64,000 nt of DNA from Alphaproteobacteria bacterium (GCA_963555825.3 CAUVXB020000002.1:1824001-1888000), one strand, 5' to 3'; shown: positions 1 through 10,232, counted from the first letter of the stretch. Notes: generated from the letters alone by a model not told the origin. A program made the numbers and translations.

Positions 1-159
1 CCGATTATGCCAACCCGCGCCAATCTTATCCCAACAAGAGGGGGGCCGCCGACCGTTCGGCCAATTCTTGTGGGATAAAGAATGGCCTTATGGGATAAAG
101 AGTGGCATGCGCGGCGATTGAGCGCAGGTCGGCTTTACGCGCGTAAAGATGACCGCACA
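1..159 (-). repeat. Structured intergenic repeat family, copy 1 (may be cut by the window edge)
   Basis: Shares GCCGCCGACCGTTCGG, GCGCGGCGATTGAGCGCAGGTC and GACCGCACA blocks with the other copies. Confidence 0.85.
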
Positions 160-164
160 ATGAA

Positions 165-1100
165 CTAGTAGACGCGGCTGACGGTGTAGCCGCGTTGCTC
201 GAGGAGGCGCAACATGCCGCGCTCGCCCGGCAGGTGCATGGCGCCGACCGCGACGAAGGCGGCGCCCTCGTCGAGCCGCGCGATCATGCGCTCGGTCATG
301 CGCAGATTGCGGAAGTCGATCAGCCGTTCCATCATCGATTCAACGACAGCGCGCTCGATATTCCACGACGGCGACATCATGAGGTCGTAGATCGAAGCGA
401 TGTCGCGCGCCAGATAGAGGCGCGTCATAGTCTCGAGCATCGCTTCGACCTCGGCGCGGTTGTGGACCGCCGAGGCGAGCAGGGCGATGTGCTCTTGCTC
501 GGTGAAGCCGGCCACCGAATCGAGCTGTTCGTCGATCGTTTCGAGGCCATAGACCGGCTTGCCGCGGCGCATCGCATCGGCCTGCAGCGCTTGGTCGAGC
601 GGCATCCCCGACGCCGCCTTCATCTCTTCGGGCGGCAGGCCGAGCAACAACCACATTGCCCAGGGCTTCATATGCCTGACCACGTCGCGCTTCAGGCCAT
701 AGGGCGCGGCGGCGTCGACCACGCGGGCGAACAGCGCGTCGCCGAGGATATCGTCGAGCTTCGGCCCCTCGATGATCATCATGCGCCCCATGGTGCGCAC
801 CTTCGAGGCGGCGTTCAGCAGCACCTCGATCGAGAGCGACCCGGTCGCGTCGATGGCGTCGGCGACCGGCCCGGGCAGCGTGGTGACGCGCGTATCGCGC
901 AAGTGGATGGTGCCGAACAGATAACTCGGCGCAGCGCCGCCGCCCTCGATCTTCCACAACAGGCCGAAGCCGTGGAGCAGCGCCTCGGCGCGCACCGCCG
1001 GCTGCGGCAGGGCGAGCGCCAGGACGAGCGCCAGGACGAGCGCCAGCCACAGCGCGACCCGCGGCAACCGGCCCTTTAACCCGTTCGCCGCGATGCCCAT
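165..1100 (-). CDS. TraB/GumN family protein
   Basis: Signal peptide, LWKI..SYLFGTIH, GLET..EQ, RN..M and FVAVGAMHL motifs; start trimmed to ATG 1100. Confidence 0.85.
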   Translation of the reverse strand: MGIAANGLKGRLPRVALWLALVLALVLALALPQPAVRAEALLHGFGLLWKIEGGGAAPSYLFGTIHLRDTRVTTLPGPVADAIDATGSLSIEVLLNAASKVRTMGRMMIIEGPKLDDILGDALFARVVDAAAPYGLKRDVVRHMKPWAMWLLLGLPPEEMKAASGMPLDQALQADAMRRGKPVYGLETIDEQLDSVAGFTEQEHIALLASAVHNRAEVEAMLETMTRLYLARDIASIYDLMMSPSWNIERAVVESMMERLIDFRNLRMTERMIARLDEGAAFVAVGAMHLPGERGMLRLLEQRGYTVSRVY

Positions 1101-1101
1101 C

Positions 1102-1756
1102 TCAGGAGGCTCCGGCGCGTGCGACCAGCCGCTTGACGTAGGGCAGCATGCGCTCGACGATGACCGCGACGCCTTTGGCGTTGGGATGGACGCCGTCGGG
1201 CTGGTTGAGGCTGGGTCTGAGCGCGACGCCATCCAGGAAGAACGGGTAGAAGTCGACACCATGCCGTTTTGCAAGCGTAGGGAAGACACCGTTGAACAGG
1301 GCGCCATAGTCGCGCCCCAGGTTGGGCGGCGCGTACATGCCGGTCAGCAGCACCGTGACGCGCGCGGCGCCGAGCCGCTTGAGGATCGCGTCGAGGTTGG
1401 CGTAGGTCGTGCGCGGGTCGATGCCGCGCCGGCCGTCGTTGGCGCCGAGCTCGACGATGACCGCGTCGGGCCGCTCGGCGAGCACCCAGTCGAGACGGCG
1501 CAGGCCGCCCGCCGTGGTGTCGCCCGAAACACCGGCGTTGATCACCTCGGCGGCGACGCCATGGGCGGCGAGCGCGGCCTGGAGGCGCGCCGGAAAGGCG
1601 TCGCGCGTCTTGAGGCCGTAGCCCGCCGTCAGGCTGTCGCCGAGCGCGACGATGCGCGTCGCGCCGGCCGCTCGGGCGGGCAACCAGGGCGCGGCCGTGG
1701 TGGCCAACGCCGCCACGATGACCGCGCGGCGGGTTAATCGACTGGTGTCCGACGTC

Positions 1757-1758
<2 letters not shown>
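1102..1758 (-). CDS. tesA: Arylesterase / acyl-CoA thioesterase I (SGNH hydrolase)
   Basis: GDSLTAGYG, NAGVSGDTT, ELGAND, DGVHPN; RR-type leader; divergent from ybbA. Confidence 0.9.
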
Positions 1759-2434
<676 letters not shown>

Positions 2435-2435
2435 C

Positions 2436-4961
2436 GTGGCGGCGACCCTCGGCCTGAGCCTCCGACTCGCCTGGCGCGAACTGCGCGCCGGGGTGCGCGG
2501 CTTCCGCGTCTTCCTCGCTTGTCTCGCGATCGGCGTCGGCGCGATCGCCGCGGTCGGCGCGATCGCCGAGTCGGTCAAGGCGGGGCTTGCCGGACAAGCG
2601 CGCGTCATGCTCGGCGGCGACGTCGACCTCAGGCTTTCGATGCGCCCGGCGGCGGACGCCGAGCGCGCCTATCTCGCCGCCGCCGGGCGGCTGTCGACGA
2701 CGGTCGAGATGCACGCCATGGCGCAGTCGGGACCCCGGGCGACGCCGGCGCTCGTCCATCTCAAGGCGATCGACGGCGCCTATCCGCTGTTCGGCGCCGT
2801 GGAACTTGAGCCCGCGATGCCGCTCGAGACGGCGCTCGAGGTGCGCGACGGCATACCGGGCGCGGTCGCCGAAGCGGGCCTCTTGGGACGCCTCGGCGTC
2901 ACGCTTGGCGACAGCTTGCGCGTCGGCGACGCGACTTTCGAGCTGCGCGCGACGCTGGTCAGCGAGCCCGACCGGCTGGCCATCGGCGTCGGCTTCGGGC
3001 CGCGCCTGATGATCGGGTCGTCCGCGCTCGACGCCACCGGCCTGGTGCAGCCGGGCAGCCTGGTGCGCTACCACTATCGCCTGGCGCTGGCGCCCGGCAC
3101 CGACGTCGGGCGCTGGGTCGAGGCGCTCGGCCGCGACCTTCCGCAGGCCGGCTGGCGCGCGCGCGATACGCGCGAGCCGCAGCCCCGGCTCGACCGCTGG
3201 CTGCGCCGCCTGACCACGCTGCTCACCCTCGTCGGGCTGGCGACGCTGCTGATCGGCGGCCTCGGCGTCGGCGGCGCGACGCGCGCCTATCTCGACGCCA
3301 AGACCGAGACGATCGCGACGCTCAAGTGCCTGGGCGCGTCGCGCCGGACGATCCTCGGCGTCTATCTCGCCGAGGTGCTCGGCCTGGCCGCCGCCGGCAT
3401 CGCGCTGGGGCTGGTGTTCGGCGTGCTCGCGCCGATCCTCGCCGGCCGACTGATCGGCGCATTTCTGCCGATCGAGCTCGCACTCGCCGTCCACCCGGCG
3501 TCGCTTGGCCGCGCCGCGCTGTTCGGGCTGCTGGCGACGCTGGTCTTCGCCGTCTGGCCGCTCGCGCGCGCCGGCGAGGTGCCCGCCGCCAGCTTGTTCC
3601 GCGACCTCGTCGCGCCCGAGCGGACCCGGCCGCCGACCGGCGTGCCGTCGCTCATTGCCGGCCTCGCGCTGGCGCTCGCGGGGCTCGCGATCGTCAGCGT
3701 CGACGACCGTGGATTCGCCGTCTGGTTCATCCTCGGCACGGGCTTCGCGCTGGTCGTGCTGCGCGCCGCGGCGAGCGGCCTGGCGCGCCTCGCCGGCGCC
3801 GTGCCGCGTCCGCGCCGCCCCAGGTTGCGCCTCGCGCTCGCGAACTTGCACCGGCCCGGCGCGACGACCGCGAACGTGGTGGTGGCGCTCGGCATGGGCG
3901 TCACCCTGCTGGTCGCCGTCGCGCTGGTCGCCGGCAACATCACGCGGATGATCGACCAGCGCCTCGCCGAGGGCACGCCGGCCTTCTTCTTCCTCGATAT
4001 CCAACCGGACCAGGCCGCCGCGTTCGATGCCACGGTCGCCGCCATCGCCGGCGACGGGCGCGTCCGGCGCGTGCCGCATCTGCGCGGGCGCATCACGCGG
4101 ATCGACGGCGTGGCCGTCGAGGACGCCGCGATCCATCCCTCGGCGGCCTGGGCGACGAGCAGTGACCGCGGCCTGACCTACGCCGCGACGGCGCCGCCCG
4201 GCAGCCGCCTGGTCGAGGGCGAGTGGTGGCCCGCCGACTACGATGGTCCGCCGCTGATCTCTTTCGACGCGCGGCTCGCCGGCGGCCTCGGCGTCACGGT
4301 CGGCGACACGCTGACGATCAATGTGCTGGGCCGCGACGTCACCGCAGAGATCGCCAACCTACGCGTCATCGACTGGTCGACGCTGGGCATCAACTTCGCC
4401 ATCGTCTTCGCGCCCGGCTCGCTCGAGGGGGCACCCCAGACATTTCTCGCCACGGTCCACGCCGCGCCGGCCGACGAGGATGCGCTGGCGCGCGCGGTGG
4501 CCGAGCGTTTCCCCAACGTCTCGGCGGTCGGGCTGCGCGAGCTGCTCGACGGCGTGCGCCGGGTAATCGGCCAGCTCGGCGCGGCGGCGCGCGCGGTCGC
4601 CGCGGTAACGCTGGCGACCAGCGTCCTGGTCGTCGCCGGCGCGATCGCCGCCGGCCAGCGCCGCCGCGTCTACGACGCCGTTGTGCTCAAGGTGCTCGGC
4701 GCGACGCGCGGCGACGTCGCCAAGGCCTACCTCGCCGAGTTCGCGCTGGTCGGGGTGACCGCCGGGCTGCTCGCCGCCGGGCTCGGCACGCTCGCGGGCT
4801 ACCTGGTGGTCACCCGGGTACTGCACGCCGATTGGCACTTCCTGCCCGGCGCGGTGGCGCTCAACGCGACGCTCTGCCTCGTGCTCGCGCTCGTCATCGG
4901 CTTCGCCGGCACGTGGCGCGCCTTGGGCCGCAACACCGCCGCCGTGCTGCGCCACGCCTGA
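2436..4961 (+). CDS. ybbP: FtsX-like ABC permease (YbbP-like)
   Basis: Large duplicated membrane protein, LAWRELR N-terminus, FFFLDIQPDQ; follows ybbA. Confidence 0.85.
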   Translation: MAATLGLSLRLAWRELRAGVRGFRVFLACLAIGVGAIAAVGAIAESVKAGLAGQARVMLGGDVDLRLSMRPAADAERAYLAAAGRLSTTVEMHAMAQSGPRATPALVHLKAIDGAYPLFGAVELEPAMPLETALEVRDGIPGAVAEAGLLGRLGVTLGDSLRVGDATFELRATLVSEPDRLAIGVGFGPRLMIGSSALDATGLVQPGSLVRYHYRLALAPGTDVGRWVEALGRDLPQAGWRARDTREPQPRLDRWLRRLTTLLTLVGLATLLIGGLGVGGATRAYLDAKTETIATLKCLGASRRTILGVYLAEVLGLAAAGIALGLVFGVLAPILAGRLIGAFLPIELALAVHPASLGRAALFGLLATLVFAVWPLARAGEVPAASLFRDLVAPERTRPPTGVPSLIAGLALALAGLAIVSVDDRGFAVWFILGTGFALVVLRAAASGLARLAGAVPRPRRPRLRLALANLHRPGATTANVVVALGMGVTLLVAVALVAGNITRMIDQRLAEGTPAFFFLDIQPDQAAAFDATVAAIAGDGRVRRVPHLRGRITRIDGVAVEDAAIHPSAAWATSSDRGLTYAATAPPGSRLVEGEWWPADYDGPPLISFDARLAGGLGVTVGDTLTINVLGRDVTAEIANLRVIDWSTLGINFAIVFAPGSLEGAPQTFLATVHAAPADEDALARAVAERFPNVSAVGLRELLDGVRRVIGQLGAAARAVAAVTLATSVLVVAGAIAAGQRRRVYDAVVLKVLGATRGDVAKAYLAEFALVGVTAGLLAAGLGTLAGYLVVTRVLHADWHFLPGAVALNATLCLVLALVIGFAGTWRALGRNTAAVLRHA

Positions 4962-5024
4962 GCCGAAGACCTTGCATTTTTTTCACGAATTCCCACGTCG
5001 ACACTTGAAATGATGTCGATTTAT

Positions 5025-5036
5025 GTGTATATACGC
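5025..5036. promoter_or_regulatory. Putative MarR operator (GTGTATATACGC); related site GTGCAAATACAC at 5518-5529
   Basis: Imperfect palindromes directly upstream of the marR-type gene and of the next gene. Confidence 0.4.
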
Positions 5037-5061
5037 CTATTATGATCGAAGGACACGACCG

Positions 5062-5499
5062 ATGAGCGTCACGACCGACACGCCACAAGCCTGTCTCTGC
5101 TTCAACCTGCGCAAGGCGGCGCGCGCGGTGACACAGCTCTACGATGCCGCGCTCGAGCCGGCCGGCTTGCGCGCGACGCAGTTCTCGCTGCTCGCCGTGC
5201 TCGACGGGCGCGACGCCGTGACGATCACCGATCTCGCCCGCGCCATGGTCATGGACCGCACGACGCTGACGCGCAACCTCGGCCCGATCGAGAAGCGGGG
5301 CCTGGTCGCGATCGCGCCGGGCGACGACCGCCGGACGCGCGAGGTTAGCCTGACGCGGCGCGGCCGCCAGACACTGACGCGCGCGACGCCGCGCTGGCGC
5401 CATGCCCAGACCCGCATGCTCGACACCCTGGGCGACCGCCGCGCGCGGCATCTGCTGGGCGAACTGTCCGACACCGTCGACGCGGCCCGCGGCCCGTGA
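5062..5499 (+). CDS. MarR family transcriptional regulator
   Basis: CLCFNLRKAAR, DRTTLTRNL, DRR..VSLT winged-helix motifs. Confidence 0.9.
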   Translation: MSVTTDTPQACLCFNLRKAARAVTQLYDAALEPAGLRATQFSLLAVLDGRDAVTITDLARAMVMDRTTLTRNLGPIEKRGLVAIAPGDDRRTREVSLTRRGRQTLTRATPRWRHAQTRMLDTLGDRRARHLLGELSDTVDAARGP

Positions 5500-5550
5500 G
5501 TTTTTTTGATTGAATACGTGCAAATACACTCAAATGAAGGAGCCCGACCA

Positions 5551-6225
5551 ATGACCGATCTCGCCGTTGCCAACGACGCCGCCTGGAGCGCCTCCGCGAA
5601 GACCCGCATGGGCCTTCTTTTGGCGCTCTGGTTCGCGCTCGCCGCGCTGATCGGCGTGACCGGCGCCGTCGCCGCGGGCCCCGATACGCTGTTCCGCCCG
5701 ATCGCGCTGACCATGGTCGTGCCCGTCCTGGCCTTCGTCGCGCTCTATCTGGGCTCGGCGACATTTCGTGGTTTCGTACTCGGCCGCGACCTGCGCTTCG
5801 TCACGCTGTTGCAGTCCTGGCGCGTCGTCGGCTTCGCCTTCCTGCCGCTCTATTTCTTCGGCGTGCTGCCCGGCCTGTTCGCCTGGCCGGCGGGCGTCGG
5901 CGACGTCTTGGTTGGCCTGGGCGCGCCCTGGGCCGTTTTCGCGCTCTTGCGCGACCCGGCGTTCGCGACGAGCCGCGCCTTCGTCGTCTGGAACGTCCTG
6001 GGCCTCGCCGATTTCATCGTCGCCGGCGCGACCGCGGTGCTCGCCTCGGGCGCGATCCCGGGCCTCGTCGCCGGCGGCGTGACCAGCGCGCCGATGGAGC
6101 TATGGCCGCTCATGCTGTTCCCGAGTTTCCTCGTGCCGCTGTTCGCCATCGCACATCTGACGGCGCTGTTCCAGGTCCGCGCGCTGCGTCGCGCGGGCCG
6201 CGTCGCGGAACGGCGAACCGGTTGA
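5551..6225 (+). CDS. Conserved integral membrane protein of unknown function
   Basis: About 6 hydrophobic segments; AAGGAG RBS; downstream of marR-type gene. Confidence 0.7.
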   Translation: MTDLAVANDAAWSASAKTRMGLLLALWFALAALIGVTGAVAAGPDTLFRPIALTMVVPVLAFVALYLGSATFRGFVLGRDLRFVTLLQSWRVVGFAFLPLYFFGVLPGLFAWPAGVGDVLVGLGAPWAVFALLRDPAFATSRAFVVWNVLGLADFIVAGATAVLASGAIPGLVAGGVTSAPMELWPLMLFPSFLVPLFAIAHLTALFQVRALRRAGRVAERRTG

Positions 6226-6291
6226 ATCCGCGGGCCCTCGCGCCTATATAGGGTGCAAGATTCAAGGCAACCACGGATACGGAGTGCTCAA

Positions 6292-7011
6292 ATGGCATTC
6301 GGCAATCAGCGGAACACGGCGACGGTGGCGCGCAGCGTCGATCGCGCGGTCATCGACGAAGGCCTGCGCGCCTATATGCTCCGCGTATACAACTACATGG
6401 CCTCGGCGCTGGCGCTGACCGGCGTCGTCGCCTACGGCGTGGCGAGCACGCCGACGCTGTTCAACGCGATCTACGGTACGCCGCTGATGTGGGTCGTGAT
6501 GCTCGCGCCGCTCGGCCTCGTCTTCCTGTTGAGCGCGCGCGTCGCCAAGATGAGCGTCGGCGCGGCACAGACTACCTTCTGGGTCTTCGCGACACTGATG
6601 GGCGCCTCGCTGGCATACATCTTCATCATCTACACCCAGACGAGCATCGCGCGCGTGTTCTTCATCACCGCGGGCACGTTCGGCGCGATGAGCCTCTACG
6701 GCTACACGACCAAGAAGGACCTCACCGGCTGGGGCTCGTTCCTGATGATGGGGTTGATCGGCATCATCATCGCCTCGATTGTCAATATCTTCCTGGCCTC
6801 ATCGGCGTTGCACTTCGCGATCTCGGCGATCGGCGTGCTGGTGTTCGTCGGCCTGACCGCCTACGACACGCAGAGGATCAAGGAATCCTATGACGTCGGC
6901 GACTCCGGCGCGTTGGCGAGCAAGAAGGCGATCATGGGCGCGCTGAGGCTCTACCTCGACTTCATCAACCTGTTCCTCATGATGCTGCGGCTGTTCGGCA
7001 ACCGCAACTGA
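6292..7011 (+). CDS. Bax inhibitor-1/YccA family membrane protein
   Basis: IDEGLRAYML, GYTTKKDL, AYDTQRIK, ALRLYLDFINLF. Confidence 0.93.
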   Translation: MAFGNQRNTATVARSVDRAVIDEGLRAYMLRVYNYMASALALTGVVAYGVASTPTLFNAIYGTPLMWVVMLAPLGLVFLLSARVAKMSVGAAQTTFWVFATLMGASLAYIFIIYTQTSIARVFFITAGTFGAMSLYGYTTKKDLTGWGSFLMMGLIGIIIASIVNIFLASSALHFAISAIGVLVFVGLTAYDTQRIKESYDVGDSGALASKKAIMGALRLYLDFINLFLMMLRLFGNRN

Positions 7012-7031
7012 CGCGGCGCGAGCCGATTTGC

Positions 7032-7064
7032 GAAGGCGCCCGGCTCCGGCCGGGCGCTTTCTTC
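7032..7064 (+). terminator. Intrinsic terminator-like hairpin
   Basis: GAAGGCGCCCGGC-TCCG-GCCGGGCGCTTTC followed by TTC, just after a stop codon. Confidence 0.65.
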
Positions 7065-7067
7065 AAT

Positions 7068-7094
7068 CATTAATGGGGTCAGACACCATTAATG
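7068..7094. repeat. REP-like palindrome (GGGGTCAGACACC class)
   Basis: CATTAATGG-GGTCAGACA-CCATTAATG; same core as the RAYT-flanking palindromes. Confidence 0.7.
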
Positions 7095-7128
7095 GGCGAT
7101 ACGGTCGTTCGGCGGTTCCGCCGGTCGA

Positions 7129-7872
7129 CTACTGGCTGAGCGTCAGGGTGCCGTTGCGCACTTCGTAGCCGTCGAGGCGGCCGAGGAAGGTCATGCCGAG
7201 AAGCGAGCCCGCCATCGGCGCCTGGTTGACCGAGGCGACGACGTCGGTGAGCCGGATCGGGCCGAGTACGATCTCGCGCAGCCGTACCGGCGCGCCGCGC
7301 ACCGTGCCGTTGGCGGTCGAATAGAGCCGGGTGTAGGCCAGGCCATCGACGTCGAAGCCCAGGCGGTTCGCGTCGGCGCGGCTCAGTACGACCTCGCTCG
7401 CGCCGGTGTCGACCAGAAAGCGCAAGCTCACGCCGTCGACCAGCGCCTCGACGTGGAATTGCCCGTCCATGCCGGCGCGGAAGGCGATCTTGCCGGCGCC
7501 GGTCTCGACGCCGCGGAACGGCATGATCTCGCCCACCACGCGCGCGCCGAGCGCGGTGAGCTCGAAGCGGTAGCTGTAGCCGACGACCAAGACCAGCGCG
7601 ACGCCGACCCAGGCGGCGACCTGCTTGGCCGTGTCGCCAAGGCGCCGACGCCGGCCCGCGACCACGCCGCTCGAGACCAGCGCGAGCAGGCCGACCAGAT
7701 AGACCATGTGCATCCAGCCGTCTTCGCCGGCGAGCGCGTCGGGGAAGCGCCAAGCCAGCAAACCGATCAGCGCGACGACGCCGGCGAGCAAGGCGAGCCA
7801 CAGCCAGCCGCCGCCCCGGCGTCCGCCGCCGTCGCCGTCCGGCTCGTCCCAGGGACCGGGATCGCCGCTCAT
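7129..7872 (-). CDS. Clan AA (retropepsin-like) membrane-anchored aspartic protease
   Basis: FLVDTGAS catalytic motif, TANG, SLLGMTFL; N-terminal TM helices. Confidence 0.9.
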   Translation of the reverse strand: MSGDPGPWDEPDGDGGGRRGGGWLWLALLAGVVALIGLLAWRFPDALAGEDGWMHMVYLVGLLALVSSGVVAGRRRRLGDTAKQVAAWVGVALVLVVGYSYRFELTALGARVVGEIMPFRGVETGAGKIAFRAGMDGQFHVEALVDGVSLRFLVDTGASEVVLSRADANRLGFDVDGLAYTRLYSTANGTVRGAPVRLREIVLGPIRLTDVVASVNQAPMAGSLLGMTFLGRLDGYEVRNGTLTLSQ

Positions 7873-9011
7873 GCCGCGCCCGCCCCGTCGCGCAGCTCGA
7901 GCAGGCGGTAGACGGCGCGCCACAGCGCGAACTTGCCGAACGCACCCGGCTCGGCGCCGACGTGGCCGAAGCCGTCGACCAAAAACAGATCGGCGCGGCC
8001 GCCCGCCGCGGCGGCCAGCGCTCGGCTCTCGCTCGCCGGGATGATGTCGTCCTCGACGCCGTGCACCAGGATGAGCCGGGCGCCGAGCGCACCGAGATCG
8101 CGCGCCGCCAGGTCGAGCGCCGCGATCTCGGCGCGGATGCCGTCGGGCAGGCCGGCGATCAGCCCGGCCACGCGCGCCGGGTCGGTGTTCTCCAACAGCG
8201 CAAGGACCGCGCGGCCCTCTGCGCCAAGCCGCGCCGTCAGGTCGCCGACGTCGGCGTCGCGGCGGATCAACTTGCGCCGCGCCATCTCGCCCAATGCGGC
8301 GCGGTCGGCGGCGTCGCGCAGCAGGTCCAGGTTGCTCTTGACGAAGACCCACTTGCCATAGTCGTTGGGCGCGCGGTGCCGCCACGCCCCGCCCGGCGCG
8401 TCACGGTAGTAGCCGGTGGTGAAGAAGGTGACGACGGCCTCGATGTCGTGATAGCCGCCGATGCCGACGAAGAAGTCGAGGCGCTCACGCAGGTCGGGCT
8501 CCAGCGCCGCGATCAGCGCCGGCCCGACCGCGTACGAGATCGCCGCGATGCCGATCGGTCCTTGGTTTTCGGGCCCGCGGGCCACGGCCAGATAGGCGAC
8601 CGCGTCGGCGATTTCGCGCGCATCGCCGGCGCGCACCTTGAGGGCGCGCAGCGCGCCGACATCGGGCACCAGCACAAGGAAACGCGCGCGCGCGAGCGTC
8701 TTTGCGAAGGCGACCAGGCGGCGGTCGTCCTTGCCGGCCTCGGCGACGCCCGGCACCAGCACGATGGCGGCGCGCGCCGCCTCGCCCGGCCGGTAGAGAT
8801 CGCCGTCATGCGCCCGGCCGGCGATTTGGTAGGCGACCGGCGTGCGGCTCGGCGCCGGCGTCGCGGCCTTGAGGTCGCTCGGACCGTCGACTGCGGCGAT
8901 GTCGCCGAGCACCCGCGCCGCCTCGAGACCGCGCGGCAACGCACAGCCCATAAGCCCGACGACGAGCGCTGCAACGAGCGGGATGTCACGCGCCCGGCGA
9001 GCCGCTACCAT
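7869..9011 (-). CDS. Alpha/beta-hydrolase-fold protein, probably exported
   Basis: IVLVPG, AISYAVG nucleophile-elbow-like motif, LVHG.EDDIIP, C-terminal His; start uncertain. Confidence 0.65.
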   Translation of the reverse strand: MVAARRARDIPLVAALVVGLMGCALPRGLEAARVLGDIAAVDGPSDLKAATPAPSRTPVAYQIAGRAHDGDLYRPGEAARAAIVLVPGVAEAGKDDRRLVAFAKTLARARFLVLVPDVGALRALKVRAGDAREIADAVAYLAVARGPENQGPIGIAAISYAVGPALIAALEPDLRERLDFFVGIGGYHDIEAVVTFFTTGYYRDAPGGAWRHRAPNDYGKWVFVKSNLDLLRDAADRAALGEMARRKLIRRDADVGDLTARLGAEGRAVLALLENTDPARVAGLIAGLPDGIRAEIAALDLAARDLGALGARLILVHGVEDDIIPASESRALAAAAGGRADLFLVDGFGHVGAEPGAFGKFALWRAVYRLLELRDGAGAA

Positions 9012-9069
9012 GCGTGCGTTCCCGCCGGAGCCGTCAACTGGTTCGTCCGAAGGTCGGTGTGCAATGCCC

Positions 9070-9336
9070 AGTACTCCCTTGCACGATTCCACGGCACGTA
9101 GGATCGCGTTTCCCGTTTCCTCGGCAGTCGGGGGCGTGACGGCGATGCCGTGGCATCGCAGAGCGTTCCCGACGCCCCGAGGGGACGGGAAACGCGACCC
9201 GCAGGGCGGCCTTGCGCGGCCGCCGGCGGCGTTGCCCGGCACTTGTGATGCGTCCAGCATCACGGCGCGCCGGGCGCCTTGCCGGACGACCGCGCAAGGC
9301 CGTCCTACGTACCGTGGAATCGTGCAAGTGAGTACT
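9070..9336 (+). other. Y-shaped self-complementary element (candidate ncRNA or MITE)
   Basis: 34-bp terminal inverted repeat (32/34 match) enclosing two long hairpins. Confidence 0.75.
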
Positions 9337-10149
9337 ACGTCCGTCCGATCCGTCATCCATGCCGTCACGCGCTGGACGCTCTGTGCCTGTCTCCTGCTCC
9401 TCGCCCAGTGCCGCATGATGTACTTCCCCGACGCGCAAGTGCCGGTGCCCGAACGCGCCGGCGTGCCCGAGATGGCGGCGGTCGAGCTGACCACCGTCGA
9501 CGGCCTCGACCTCCTCGCCTGGTACCGTGCGCCGCCGCAATCGGCGCCGACGGTCGTCTTCTTCCACGGCAACGCCGGGCACATTGGCCACCGCGCCCGC
9601 AAGGTGCGGCCCTTGCTCGACGCCGGCTTCGGCGTGCTACTCGTCTCGTGGCGCGGCTACGGCGGCAATCCGGGCAGCCCCACCGAGCAGGGACTCTACC
9701 ATGACGCGCGCGCCGCGCTCAGCTTCCTCGCCGACGCCGGGGTGCCGTCGTCGCGCGTCGTGCTCTACGGCGAATCGCTCGGCACCGGGCCGGCGGTTCA
9801 GCTCGCCACCGAGCGACCGGTGGCCGCGGTCGTGCTCGAGGCGCCGTTCACCTCGGTCGCCGAGGTGGCGCAGCGCCACTACTGGTTCCTGCCGGCACGC
9901 CACCTGGTGATCGATCGGTTCGATTCGCTCTCCAAGATCACGCGTATCGGCGCGCCGCTTCTCATCGTCCACGGCGAAAAGGACCGCGTCGTGTCGGTCG
10001 AGATGGGCCGCGCGCTGCTCGCTGCGGCGCGCGAGCCGAAGGAGGCGGTATTTGTCCCCGACGCCGGGCACAACGATCTCTACGACCATGGTGTGGCGGA
10101 CGCCGTGATCGCGTTCGTCGAGCGGACGGTCGGGCCCGTGCACGAGTGA
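9328..10149 (+). CDS. Alpha/beta hydrolase (ABHD/Bem46-like)
   Basis: FHGNAG, GESLG, HGEKD, GHND; GTG start uncertain. Confidence 0.85.
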   Translation: MSTTSVRSVIHAVTRWTLCACLLLLAQCRMMYFPDAQVPVPERAGVPEMAAVELTTVDGLDLLAWYRAPPQSAPTVVFFHGNAGHIGHRARKVRPLLDAGFGVLLVSWRGYGGNPGSPTEQGLYHDARAALSFLADAGVPSSRVVLYGESLGTGPAVQLATERPVAAVVLEAPFTSVAEVAQRHYWFLPARHLVIDRFDSLSKITRIGAPLLIVHGEKDRVVSVEMGRALLAAAREPKEAVFVPDAGHNDLYDHGVADAVIAFVERTVGPVHE

Positions 10150-10232
10150 GTCGCGAGCGGGATGCCAAGCGCGCGGCGCCGGGCTATCATGGCGCGCGAC
10201 CGCGGTGCCCGCACGACGTTCGATAGGGATTT

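Noticed and set aside
1-159. Possible CRISPR array or leader from the TGGGATAAAGA duplication
   Set aside because: Only two short units, no spacers and no cas genes; part of the dispersed repeat.
1014-1045. 12-bp tandem repeat GCGCCAGGACGA
   Set aside because: Encodes LALV repeats in a signal peptide; ordinary slippage.
7100-7128. CGTTCGGCGG resembling a fragment of the 6-copy repeat
   Set aside because: A match of about 10 nt in GC-rich DNA is insufficient.
9070-9336. Retron msr-msd interpretation of the Y element
   Set aside because: No reverse transcriptase gene anywhere in the window.
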